This document shows positions 9,793 to 18,984 of a stretch of 64,000 nt of DNA, one piece after another. Positions within the stretch are counted from its first letter, which is position 1. Every line of letters begins with the position of its first letter. Origin of the DNA: Pseudomonadota bacterium (lineage in GTDB: Bacteria > Desulfobacterota > Desulfobacteria > Desulfobacterales > Desulfobacteraceae); the NCBI GenBank assembly GCA_018821715.1, contig JAHJLN010000208.1, forward strand, positions 3,863-67,862, in the 5' to 3' direction. The translations under genes were made by a program, and so were the position numbers. The notes under the pieces are model-generated. The model was not told where the DNA came from. It ran no database searches and worked only from the letters and a program-made list of their open reading frames with translations.

Positions 9793-11199
9793 TTACCGGC
9801 TCCTTAATATGCTTGCAGAAGCTTTCTTTGAAAGCGCCATAATGGTCAGGGAGGGATTGATCCCGGGAGCATTGGGGAAAATGCTGGAATCGGCACAAAA
9901 AATGTTTTTAGATCCGTGCAGCCTGAATTCAGGATCAATAACCGATGTTTTTGAATCCGTGCCAATAGGGCAGCACCCCATCAAATGCAGACCGATACCG
10001 AACTGGCCGTGGACGATCTCCCTGGCACCTGTGGAAGAGAAGATTTCTTCAATGATTTTTGTCCCTTTTGCCTGACGGGACAGGTCTTGTGCATTCTGCA
10101 CCTTTTTGATCACAGCCTTTCCCTTGCGGTTCACCCTGATCTGCCCGGGGGCAGTATCCCTTGTGCACACTTCAATGCAGGCAAAATGGGACAGTTTTTC
10201 CATATATTCATGGTGCTTTTTCCCAAATCCCGGGATCAGAAGCGAGATGCCTTCAGGGCCGGCATAGACGTTTTCCAGCTTGAACCCGTTTTTCCTGAAG
10301 CCCTTGTCATCTGATTTAAATGCCTGGAATGCCCCTAAATGGGAATTGATTTTTTCATCATACCGTCCAAAACTCATGAACTGGGGGTGGCAGTAAAAAT
10401 CATGACCAATCCTCGGCAGTTTTTTATCAAGCTTTGAGTTTAACAACAGCCGGGCATTTCCAATGGCCCCACCGGCCAGGACAAGATTTCTGGCCCGAAA
10501 GGTTGCCATGCCGCCCTTGGGGTCTTTCCCGATCACCTTGACATCTCCAGCTCTTTCAATGATCCGGACCACTTCAATTTGTGAAACAAGGGTGAGATCA
10601 TTTTCCAACGCTTTTTTAAGCACGGTTTCCGGCGTACTCTGTTTACTGCCGAGCCTGCACCCGTTAAGACATTCAATACAGCAGTTACCCTCCTCCAGGC
10701 GGCAGTTGCTCTGGGCCCTTCGCAAGGGAGCGTTCTGATATCCCTTGTTTTTAAATCCCTGTTCAAAAATCTGGGCATTTTTATTTCTGAATTCAGCAGG
10801 AATTTCCTGGATGCAGATTTCAGATTCAGCCTTGTCATACCAGGGATCCATATCCTTGACCGTAAAAAAATCTACTCCGGATACCGCTTTCCAGGAAGCG
10901 AAAGCATCTTCGTCAAACCGGTCCACCAGGGCCTGGTTCACAATGGAGCCGCCGCCCACAACCTTGGGACGGAGAAAGGCGATTTTACAGTCATGACCCA
11001 GCTCCAGCCCTCCGGACCAGTAAAGCTGGGAAGTGCCGTCAAGTCCATTGGTGGGATAGGTTTTCCTTGTAAACTGCTTTCCTGCTTCCAACATCAGGCA
11101 GTCACATCCGGCCTGGCACAGGTCATTGGCAATGAACGGACCTGAGATGCCGGCGCCCACAAAAATAAAATCAAAAACTCGGGATAGATCTTTTTTCAC
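9793..11199 (-). CDS. GMC-family FAD oxidoreductase (long-chain alcohol oxidase/dehydrogenase-like)
   Basis: FVGAGISG FAD motif, VGGGSIVN, CIECLNGC...KQST, HLMGCC, NPSLTIMAL. Confidence 0.88.
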   Translation of the reverse strand: MKKDLSRVFDFIFVGAGISGPFIANDLCQAGCDCLMLEAGKQFTRKTYPTNGLDGTSQLYWSGGLELGHDCKIAFLRPKVVGGGSIVNQALVDRFDEDAFASWKAVSGVDFFTVKDMDPWYDKAESEICIQEIPAEFRNKNAQIFEQGFKNKGYQNAPLRRAQSNCRLEEGNCCIECLNGCRLGSKQSTPETVLKKALENDLTLVSQIEVVRIIERAGDVKVIGKDPKGGMATFRARNLVLAGGAIGNARLLLNSKLDKKLPRIGHDFYCHPQFMSFGRYDEKINSHLGAFQAFKSDDKGFRKNGFKLENVYAGPEGISLLIPGFGKKHHEYMEKLSHFACIEVCTRDTAPGQIRVNRKGKAVIKKVQNAQDLSRQAKGTKIIEEIFSSTGAREIVHGQFGIGLHLMGCCPIGTDSKTSVIDPEFRLHGSKNIFCADSSIFPNAPGINPSLTIMALSKKASASILRSR

Positions 11200-11213
11200 T
11201 TTTTTTCTCCTTG

Positions 11214-12440
11214 CTATAAAAATGCATACCCATCCCCGCGATAGGTCAAAACGCTTTTAATGACCGTCTGGTTCTGGACCAGGTAAAGCCGGTTAAATCT
11301 TTCACACAACTCTCCTGCCTTGGCATGCTGAAAAAAAACAGGGTCGCACAGGCTCATTTCAGGGGCGGTTTCGGGTAAAAGCAGCGGCGTTTGAACCTCG
11401 CCTGCCCCTTCCATGGAAAGATATGTCAAGCCGCTGGGCATCACCGGCCACGGCAGCCTTCCGGTATTCACCTCACCTGAAGCCACATATCCGCCGCCCT
11501 GGCAGGTGATGATTCCCTTGTCCGGAAGTCTTGTGACCTGCAATCCGAAAAATGCGGCAGGCTTAAATTTAACGTCATTAAAATACCTGAAAAGACCTGG
11601 CGCAAAAAACGCCGACCCTGCCGTGACCTCTGTAACCGATTTGTCCATCCCGGTGGAGATAAGGCTTCCGCTTCCTCCGCCATTGACGATGTCAAGGTCA
11701 AGGCCTGCGGATTTCAGCGCAGCCACAATCTTTCCCCGCCGGTGTGTCAGCTCTTTTACCGAACGGTTTTTAACAAACCTGAGCACAGCGTTTTTGATGG
11801 ATTGCCCGGGATAATCATCATTTACCGATGCAATCTGGGCCTCGTATCCCATTACCGAATTGATTCTGACACCGGGCAGGTTTTGTGCGGCTTTTGCCAG
11901 GGAAATGGCCTGTTCAAGGCTGTGAACAGGGCTTCGCCGTACCCCGATATGGGCGGCCCTGCCAAGGGGTCTGTAAGACATGTCAATATCCAGGCAGACC
12001 TTGAGCACGACACCGGCCTTTTCACCTGCCCGTGACAAGGCGGTTAACTGATCGATGCAGTCTGCCACCAGGCCTAAGGCTGCGCCCTGTTTTATTTTTT
12101 CAACGAAAAGTTCAATGTCGCCCGGCTGAATGGACGGATATGCCACAATAATATCGTCAAACCCGTTATCAAGGAGAAAACCTGCTTCCTCCATGGTAAA
12201 GGCCAGTATTCCGCAATAAGCGTCCCCACCTTTCTCAAAAATGCGCTTTATCAGGTCAAGGCATCGGATTGATTTTGATGCCACTCTGATGGTTTTGCCG
12301 GTTTTTTTCTGGGTTGCGGCCACATAGGCAATATTTTCATCAAACCGGTCCAGATCTACAAAAGCCAGGGGATATCGATACCCTTTAAATAATTTTTTGT
12401 ATGTCTCATACATTAAATCCGGAAAATCGGCCATGGGCAT
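11214..12440 (-). CDS. PLP fold-III enzyme, D-serine dehydratase/D-threonine aldolase-like (alanine-racemase domain)
   Basis: RVASKSIRC (PLP Lys), MGYEAQIA, NGGGSGS, EVTAGS, HAKAGELCERFN. Confidence 0.85.
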   Translation of the reverse strand: MPMADFPDLMYETYKKLFKGYRYPLAFVDLDRFDENIAYVAATQKKTGKTIRVASKSIRCLDLIKRIFEKGGDAYCGILAFTMEEAGFLLDNGFDDIIVAYPSIQPGDIELFVEKIKQGAALGLVADCIDQLTALSRAGEKAGVVLKVCLDIDMSYRPLGRAAHIGVRRSPVHSLEQAISLAKAAQNLPGVRINSVMGYEAQIASVNDDYPGQSIKNAVLRFVKNRSVKELTHRRGKIVAALKSAGLDLDIVNGGGSGSLISTGMDKSVTEVTAGSAFFAPGLFRYFNDVKFKPAAFFGLQVTRLPDKGIITCQGGGYVASGEVNTGRLPWPVMPSGLTYLSMEGAGEVQTPLLLPETAPEMSLCDPVFFQHAKAGELCERFNRLYLVQNQTVIKSVLTYRGDGYAFL

Positions 12441-12462
12441 TACTCCTGCTGTTTTAAACCCG

Positions 12463-13047
12463 TTACATTTTTTTTATCAATAGTTTTGTAAGGTCCATTG
12501 CATCCTCCAGGCAGACAGCATCCGGATCGGCAAACCACTGGAGTTCAGTGCCCTCGTGAATGGCAATGATCATGGATGCCAGCCCCTTTTTTTCAACGTC
12601 ATTAAGGTGTTTGAATGGGGAAATGCTTCCCATGTGCGCCAGGATGTTTTCCCTGAAACGCTGGAACAGTTTTGCAACAGATGCCCTGACCTTGGGGTTG
12701 TGCCGTGCCTCAACACAGCATTCAAGGAAAAACCCAGTAACTTCGGGGTTGATCATGGCAGGACTGAAAATATAGCCGAGCCCTTCTGACAGGCGGATTT
12801 CATCATCTGCTGCCCACGTCTTTTCAGGAACAAATCCGCTTGAAATAAGCTCTGTAAAATATTCCACGGTTTGAGAAATCATCTCATCCCGGTCTAAAAA
12901 ATAATGATGCAGCGTGCTGGGCATCACTCCGGCCTCTTTTGCCACTTTCCGGATGGAGGACTGGGAAAAACCGTGGCTGACAACACACCGGTAAAAGGCC
13001 TGGATGATCTCAAGACGTCTTTGATCTGCAATGCTTTTTCTGCCCAT
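12463..13047 (-). CDS. TetR/AcrR family regulator (BetI-like C-terminus)
   Basis: N-terminal HTH SIRKVAKEAGV...LHHYF; ATG 13047. Confidence 0.9.
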   Translation of the reverse strand: MGRKSIADQRRLEIIQAFYRCVVSHGFSQSSIRKVAKEAGVMPSTLHHYFLDRDEMISQTVEYFTELISSGFVPEKTWAADDEIRLSEGLGYIFSPAMINPEVTGFFLECCVEARHNPKVRASVAKLFQRFRENILAHMGSISPFKHLNDVEKKGLASMIIAIHEGTELQWFADPDAVCLEDAMDLTKLLIKKM

Positions 13048-13063
13048 GCATCCACCCCGTGAT

Positions 13064-13114
13064 AAATTGATCGGTCGTATGTCCAATTTATACCCTGCCT
13101 GAAATATTTGTCAA
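13064..13114 (-). promoter_or_regulatory. Sigma70 promoter and overlapping imperfect palindrome (candidate TetR operator)
   Basis: Minus-strand TTGACA (13114-13109), 16 nt, TATAAA; AAATTG-N14-CAATTT inverted repeat at 13064-13089. Confidence 0.5.
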
Positions 13115-13322
13115 CCGGTTTTATCCATTCTATTGTTTTTAAAATCGCAAAAAAATTTAAATTCCGGTTGAGCGAATAATAGGTATCCCGCTGGTAACGG
13201 GAATATTTGGTTGACTTAACTTAAAAACTTGGATAAAAAATGGTATACAAAATAAGAAGTATGTTCTTAAAAAAAATGTTCAAAAAACCATAAAATTGAC
13301 CTTATTGCATAAGGAAAAGTGT

Positions 13323-14336
13323 ATGGAAATGGAAGACACTCTGGTCGGAGAGAAGACCATTGCTTTCAGCATTGCCCAGGAAATCCTGACGACCAGTGTG
13401 AATATCCCCACTCTCCCGGCCAATGGCGCAAAAATTCTTGCCGTTGCCCGGCAATCCAAGGATCAAATAGATATCCCCTCTTTTGCCAAACTTGTGGAAT
13501 CAGATCCCGGGCTGTTTACCCGGATCCTGAAAATGGCCAACTCACCTTTTTACGGTGAATTGGATAAGATTGTCAGCTTGAGAGTTGCCATTACCCGTAT
13601 CGGCCTTGTAGAAATTGTAGATTCAGTCTGTCTGTTTTTTTTCCAGAAACTGTTACCCAGATTTCCGGATATTGAAGGATTTTCCTATAAGGATTTCTGG
13701 TCGCACTCCTGGATATGTGCTGTTGCGAACCGGCGGCTGGGCCATCCCAATCTGGGGATGGATGTATTGCCGGGCGAGCTTTATATGACCGGACTGCTCC
13801 ATGGCATTGGAAAACTGTTGCTGGCCATTCATTTTCCCGATGATTTTTCCAAGTGTGTTAAACAGGCTATGGACCTGAAGCATCCGTTGCACAAGGTTGA
13901 AAAGGATGTATTCGGCACCACGGATGCCCTTGTCGCTTCCCGGGTCCTGAAAGCCTGGAATTTTCCCGCCAATATCTGTGAAGGTGTTGCCTTCCACCAG
14001 ATGCCTGAACTGGCCCCACCGGAATATATCATCATCGCCGGATTGACGCAGTTTGCATATGCCATGGCAGATGTGTCCGGGATCGGCTGCAGCGGCGACG
14101 GCCTCAGCATGGAATTGTCCTCCACTTTTCTGGGCCAACGGCCCAATTTGAAAATTTCCAGCAAGGATGTCCAGGAAAAGCTTGTCCAGGAGATATTAGA
14201 AGCCATGGGGGGAAAGGCTGGAAATATCAGGTCCGAACCTTCTAAACCCCCCACTCCTAAGCCTGTGACAAAAAGCTTTGAAAATCGTCATGAAAAAAAA
14301 GGCGTATTCGGCTGGGTCAAGTCTCTCTGGAGTTAA
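13323..14336 (+). CDS. HDOD domain protein
   Basis: IPTLP, DPGLFTRILKMANS, FWSHS, GLLHGIGKL, WNFP...HQ. Confidence 0.9.
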   Translation: MEMEDTLVGEKTIAFSIAQEILTTSVNIPTLPANGAKILAVARQSKDQIDIPSFAKLVESDPGLFTRILKMANSPFYGELDKIVSLRVAITRIGLVEIVDSVCLFFFQKLLPRFPDIEGFSYKDFWSHSWICAVANRRLGHPNLGMDVLPGELYMTGLLHGIGKLLLAIHFPDDFSKCVKQAMDLKHPLHKVEKDVFGTTDALVASRVLKAWNFPANICEGVAFHQMPELAPPEYIIIAGLTQFAYAMADVSGIGCSGDGLSMELSSTFLGQRPNLKISSKDVQEKLVQEILEAMGGKAGNIRSEPSKPPTPKPVTKSFENRHEKKGVFGWVKSLWS

Positions 14337-14396
14337 GATTGAACTTCAATCTAAAAGAGTTCAAATGCGTTATTACATAATTTTTAGGGTGAAAGA

Positions 14397-14834
14397 ATGA
14401 GTGAAACATTTAAAATAAGAAAAGCTGAACCAGATGAATATCCTGGAATTGAAAAAATATTTAAAGTTCAGGGACTAGAGAACAATAAAAGCGGTGTTGA
14501 GATTTTAAAGGGATATTCGGTTGAAGCGTTTGACAAGCTAATAGGTGGAGCAGAAGTGATGGTTCAAGACGGAGAATATACTTTTTCAGTTGCGGTAGAT
14601 GCCAATTTCAAAGGGCAGGGAATTGGAACGTCTTTATTTCAAATAGTGAAAAAAGAGATACAGGGCTTAGGAGCCAAGAGGATAATGATTCAAGCAAAAG
14701 TTCCTGCTTACTGGTCAAAATTTGGGTTTCTGGAAGTTGTTGATCCTAATGATGTGCCAAAGAAATTTCGGTGTGATGACTGTTCTCAATATGGGAAGGA
14801 TTGCTTCCCAAAGATAATGGTTTTGGATTTATGA
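14397..14834 (+). CDS. GNAT acetyltransferase with C-terminal Cys cluster (cassette-like)
   Basis: VAVDANFKGQGIG acetyl-CoA motif, KFGF, CDDC...C. Confidence 0.85.
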   Translation: MSETFKIRKAEPDEYPGIEKIFKVQGLENNKSGVEILKGYSVEAFDKLIGGAEVMVQDGEYTFSVAVDANFKGQGIGTSLFQIVKKEIQGLGAKRIMIQAKVPAYWSKFGFLEVVDPNDVPKKFRCDDCSQYGKDCFPKIMVLDL

Positions 14835-14924
14835 TCGGCCCTGAAGAGCAGAACATAGCACAGCACAGATGGTCAATCCCAATGGACAGACAGCTTTTTT
14901 CTGCTGCCGATCCGGGCTGTCAGC

Positions 14925-15196
14925 ATAATAAAAAGATTACAGTGTCGTATGAATTTCGTAGATATGAACCCATTTTTATTGCACAAGCGGATAACAGTGT
15001 TGAGTATCACCTGGAAATTGATCAGAAAACAGGTAATGGTATAAATGTTTTTGGTAAAAATGTTGATGTTAAAAAAGGTTTCTATCCAGCATTCCAGCCG
15101 TTGAATTCAAAATTTGCATATTCATATAGAGAAAATATGGAAATAATGCCTGTGTGGGAAGAACAAAAAGACGGCTCATTTATTAAAGTCAAGTAG
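14925..15196 (+). pseudogene. Probable 3' fragment of an AT-rich cassette gene
   Basis: Open frame ending at TAG 15196 just before an attC-like site; no credible start, because the upstream part of the ORF runs through intergenic or attC-like sequence. Confidence 0.35.
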
Positions 15197-15212
15197 CCCA
15201 TACCAAGCAACA

Positions 15213-15273
15213 GGCTAACAATACTAATTCAGTCGACATAAAAAAGCTGCTCGGCTGATGATAGAAGTGAGGG
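15213..15273 (+). mobile_element. Degenerate integron attC site
   Basis: GGCTAAC (R'') ... ATTCAGTCGA/TCGGCTGAT stem with one extra base ... GTGAGGG (R' with GTT mutated to GTG); follows a stop codon. Confidence 0.55.
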
Positions 15274-15283
15274 AACAGGAAAA

Positions 15284-15475
15284 ATGGAAACAGAATACAT
15301 AATTCCAATAAATGTAATTATGAAAGTATCTTTGCCAAAGTCTTTCAATGGCAAGTCGGTATTTGCTGAATTGCTCTGCGTACATTATACTATCGATGGC
15401 AAAGAAGACTCTGCTGCTTGGGCTGTTGACAACCCACTTAAGTGGAAGGAAAGCATAGAAAAATTAAAAATATAA
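15284..15475 (+). CDS. Small cassette ORF or gene fragment, unknown function
   Basis: 63 aa, RBS AGGA, fills the space between two attC-like sites. Confidence 0.45.
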   Translation: METEYIIPINVIMKVSLPKSFNGKSVFAELLCVHYTIDGKEDSAAWAVDNPLKWKESIEKLKI

Positions 15476-15478
15476 AAT

Positions 15479-15609
15479 CGCTAACCCGTCAATCCAGCTG
15501 ATATAAAACTGAACGACAGACCGGAATATTCAAATCTTTATTAATGCGAGGTGCGGGTTTTTTACAAAAGCTTTTCCCATGTTTTTCCCAGCTGAATTTA
15601 ACGTTTGCG
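15479..15609 (+). mobile_element. Integron attC site (131 bp, slightly degenerate)
   Basis: CGCTAAC-5nt-AATCCAGC ... GCTGAAT-5nt-GTTTGCG; R''/R' 6 of 7 complementary; L'' carries one extra base; begins 4 nt after a TAA stop. Confidence 0.7.
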
Positions 15610-15729
15610 GCGACTGTTCACCTCGATTCAAAGCAATTGTATCAATAAAAATAGATGGGGGACTCATAGGAAAAATTCATAGTTAAATATAATCGAAAAC
15701 TCATATTGATCTAACGGATTATAATCAAA

Positions 15730-16989
15730 ATGATATCAAATAATCGTAGGGGAATAACCTATCTAGTTTGGGGTTTGATTGTGATGTTTTTTGGCGGTTT
15801 TTTTTGTGTAGGTGGATTAGCCGTCTATGTGGCACTCAAATCAGCCCCGGCATTAATTGGTGGAATCCTGATGATATGTCTTGGAGTCGGTATCTGCGAC
15901 TATGGAAGATTTATCTGTTATAAAGGCCGATGCTTTTTAACGTTACCAGCTGAAAAATTACTAAAAAAAGACAAACGACCCCCAATTTTGTTTCTCAGAC
16001 CATTTGATATAGATGAAACATTATCAGATTTTTTCAAAGGAGAGAAAAGGGTTGAGTCCCAAGAAAATTTGATTGTTAATTTTTTCGATGGATTCGGTCC
16101 GGTTGTCACCATCGGCCAGCCAGGAGAAAAGGTCCCTTCGAGAGGGGCAGCCCGATTTTATTTTCATGGTGAAGATTGGAAAACAGAAATTATAAAATTG
16201 ATCGATCAATCAAGATTTGTATTAGTGGCCTTGGGAGATTCACCGGGGATTTCATATGAGCTCAAAATGGTTGTGGAAAAAATACCACCCGAACGGATTC
16301 TATTGTTTTTACCATTGAGTGGTAATAGAAATGAACAGTTCAAAACGATACAAAAAATTTTACCTATCCGAATTTTGCCTGATATAAGTCCGGTTATAAA
16401 TCATATTCTTATCTTTGTTTATTTCGATGAAAATTGGAACCCTTATGTATTTTCCGATAAGGGTGGAGTTAAGTTCATTTTTTCTTCAAAAGAAAATTGT
16501 CTTGTGGGACTTTATCCTTTTCTAAAGCAATTTGGTGCTCAAAAAAGTCGTAGGCGGCCAAGTTGGATTTTTTGGGTGGTACTTTTGGAAACCCTTATTA
16601 TTGTCATTGCTTTTTTGATTCCTACAGAAGACAATAAAAAAATAGACGACTTTTTATCTAAAAATAAACAAAAACCAGCGTTGTCCATGCCTGAACCTAT
16701 TATTCAATTAGACAGACAAAAATGGTTGGGTACTCCTTTTGAGGAAGAAATAAATAATCTCTTATTATTAATTGAGCGTAATCCCAATGACTATTATTTA
16801 AAAAATCGACTAAAGTTTCTTCTAAAAGAAGTTGAGACGTTATGTATTCTCCGTAAACAAGGGGATGAATATTTAAAAAATATGAGGGAAAATGCTGACG
16901 AAACATTAATCTTGAAAATGCCTAAAATTTATTTTCGTAGTGTGCCGGATATTGGTGCAAACAAATCTGAAACAAAAGCTGCGAAATAG
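15730..16989 (+). CDS. Membrane protein with central alpha/beta (possibly TIR/NDT-like) domain
   Basis: Two N-terminal TM helices, PILFLRPF...GPVVTIGQPGE..P..GAAR...W...SPGISYEL core, a further TM; AT-rich. Confidence 0.6.
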   Translation: MISNNRRGITYLVWGLIVMFFGGFFCVGGLAVYVALKSAPALIGGILMICLGVGICDYGRFICYKGRCFLTLPAEKLLKKDKRPPILFLRPFDIDETLSDFFKGEKRVESQENLIVNFFDGFGPVVTIGQPGEKVPSRGAARFYFHGEDWKTEIIKLIDQSRFVLVALGDSPGISYELKMVVEKIPPERILLFLPLSGNRNEQFKTIQKILPIRILPDISPVINHILIFVYFDENWNPYVFSDKGGVKFIFSSKENCLVGLYPFLKQFGAQKSRRRPSWIFWVVLLETLIIVIAFLIPTEDNKKIDDFLSKNKQKPALSMPEPIIQLDRQKWLGTPFEEEINNLLLLIERNPNDYYLKNRLKFLLKEVETLCILRKQGDEYLKNMRENADETLILKMPKIYFRSVPDIGANKSETKAAK

Positions 16990-17051
16990 TACATATTGTT
17001 AAATAGTTGCATTGAGACGTGTTTTTATGCTCAAATATAAAAAGCATTAGC

Positions 17052-17219
17052 CCCGAAGCTTTGAGTGAAGCAGGTTACAAGGTAACTGCATTTGATATTT
17101 CCCCTGAAGCGATCCATCTGTGTAAAGGGCGTTATCCCGACTCCAGGGATACCCAAGATCCTCCTGTTCCTCATTTTTTTGCTTCTTACAAGAAGCCTAT
17201 CGCGTCAAAGCCGGGTTGA
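17052..17219 (+). pseudogene. Remnant of a class I SAM methyltransferase (TPMT/tellurite-resistance-like), internally deleted
   Basis: EALSEAGYKVTAFDISPEAIHLCKGRYPDS (post-motif I region) joined directly to a C-terminal-like DTQDPPVPHFFASYKK. Confidence 0.55.
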
Positions 17220-18930
17220 ATCCATCTATCTCTTTTCGCAGCGCTTTTTTATCAAGTTTTCCTACGCTGGTTAACGGCAGTTCAGTCCTGAACTCAATCT
17301 CTTTCGGCACTTCATAGGCAGCAAGCTTTTGTTTTGCAAACGCCATGATGTCTGCCTTTACTGCATCTTCACCCCCATGGAATTCAAGTCCTTTGTCAAT
17401 TGTCACATATGCCTTTACCATTTCAGACCCTGGTTTTTGAGGGTCCAGAATACCGATGGTGGCAATTTCCAATATGGCGGGATGCGCTGCCAGGATATCT
17501 TCTATTTTCTTTGAAAACACCTTGAAACCGCTCACATTTATCATGTCCTTGGTTCGGTCAACGATTGTCAGATAACCTTCTGCATCCTGAATTGCCACAT
17601 CTCCTGTATAAAGATACCCCTGTGCATCCATAATATTTTTAATTTCTTCATGCAGTTTGTAATATCCTTTCATTACCTGGGGGCCTTTGATACAGATTTC
17701 ACCGGGTTCACCCTGCGCCACCTGGTTCCGGGTTTGAGGGTCCACAAGCTTGATGTCGGTGTTGGGCAGCGGCAATCCGATACTGCCCAGTTTCTTTTTG
17801 CCGTTTACAGGGTTCATGGCGGTTAAGGGGGATGTTTCCGTCATGCCGTAGGCTTCAATGAGTTTTCCCTTTCCGATAATGGTTTCAAGTTTTTTCTGGG
17901 AGTCTTCAGGATAGGCGGCAGCCGCTGTAATACAGATTTTCAAGTTTGAATGATCCATGTGTTTGAATTTGGGATTTTCCATGAGCAGATGATAAAGAGA
18001 CGGAACATTGGCCGTGAAAAAGGGTTTATACGTTTCCATATCCGTACAGATTCTATCTGTATCCCTTGGATTGGGTATCAGGATCTGGGTGATGCCATAG
18101 GATAGAAAAACCGAACTGGTGAAAAGCCCGGCAATATGAAACAAAGGAAAAGCGGACAGTGCGGTTTCTTTTCCCTTTTTCAAGTGGAGCCATGTTGAGA
18201 CAATGACCATATCTGCCACTGCATTCCGATGGGTCATCTCAGCTCCTTTCGGGGTTCCGGTTGTCCCTCCGGTATATTGCAGATAGGCTATGTCATCAGG
18301 GAAAATATCGATATCAGGGCGGGCAGAGGAAACGGATTTGGCGTGAAGAATGTAATGAAATTTAACAATTGTTTTTCCCTTTAAAGGCGTTACCCGGCCT
18401 TTGGGTATCTTGCCCAGCAGTTTGCCTAAAAACCGTTTGACCCCTGGCAGAAATCCACCGACACTGGCTGCGACCACCAGTTTTAATTCAGGCAGGGTTG
18501 AATGGATGCAGGTCAGGTGCTTTTCAAATATGGCATCCAGTGTAACAAATGCTTTTGCATCTGAATTTTTCAACTGGAACGCCATTTCATCTGCAGACAA
18601 AAGCGGCGATACCCCGGAAACCACACATCCTGCCTTTAAGGTGCCGAGGATGGCAATGACATATTCGGGTATATTGGGCAGGCTGATGCCAACCACATCT
18701 CCTTTTTTAAACCTGTTTGACAGTAAAAGGTGGGCAAACCGGTTGGCATATTGATCAAGGTCTGCAAAAGAAATCTCAACTCCCATGAATGCAAGGGCTG
18801 CTCTTTTGGGGAACGCATCCATTGATTGATGATACACTTTATCCAATGTGGTTTCCCACAGCACAGGATCCAGATCATCAATGCCCGGATCATAGGATTT
18901 TTTCCAGAACGTTCCTTGTGTACCCTTCAT
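17197..18930 (-). CDS. Long-chain fatty-acid--CoA ligase
   Basis: YTGGTTGTPKG AMP-binding motif, EAYGMTE, TGD, VGKLDKK. Confidence 0.92.
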   Translation of the reverse strand: MKGTQGTFWKKSYDPGIDDLDPVLWETTLDKVYHQSMDAFPKRAALAFMGVEISFADLDQYANRFAHLLLSNRFKKGDVVGISLPNIPEYVIAILGTLKAGCVVSGVSPLLSADEMAFQLKNSDAKAFVTLDAIFEKHLTCIHSTLPELKLVVAASVGGFLPGVKRFLGKLLGKIPKGRVTPLKGKTIVKFHYILHAKSVSSARPDIDIFPDDIAYLQYTGGTTGTPKGAEMTHRNAVADMVIVSTWLHLKKGKETALSAFPLFHIAGLFTSSVFLSYGITQILIPNPRDTDRICTDMETYKPFFTANVPSLYHLLMENPKFKHMDHSNLKICITAAAAYPEDSQKKLETIIGKGKLIEAYGMTETSPLTAMNPVNGKKKLGSIGLPLPNTDIKLVDPQTRNQVAQGEPGEICIKGPQVMKGYYKLHEEIKNIMDAQGYLYTGDVAIQDAEGYLTIVDRTKDMINVSGFKVFSKKIEDILAAHPAILEIATIGILDPQKPGSEMVKAYVTIDKGLEFHGGEDAVKADIMAFAKQKLAAYEVPKEIEFRTELPLTSVGKLDKKALRKEIDGFNPALTR

Positions 18931-18984
18931 AACCCCTCCTGTGATAACGGCTGAAAATTTATGTTCAGCCTTGATTTTAATATT

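Noticed and set aside
9791-9898. Long N-terminal extensions given in the ORF track (ALDH; also AtuA 25733-25870, PanE 60331-60420, AraC 58438-58488)
   Set aside because: They overlap upstream genes; internal ATGs with better RBS or coupling were chosen.
14848-14925. Possible attC after the GNAT gene
   Set aside because: The ends are attC-like (GCAGAAC ... GTCAGCA) but the L boxes pair poorly; mentioned only as weak support and not listed as a feature.
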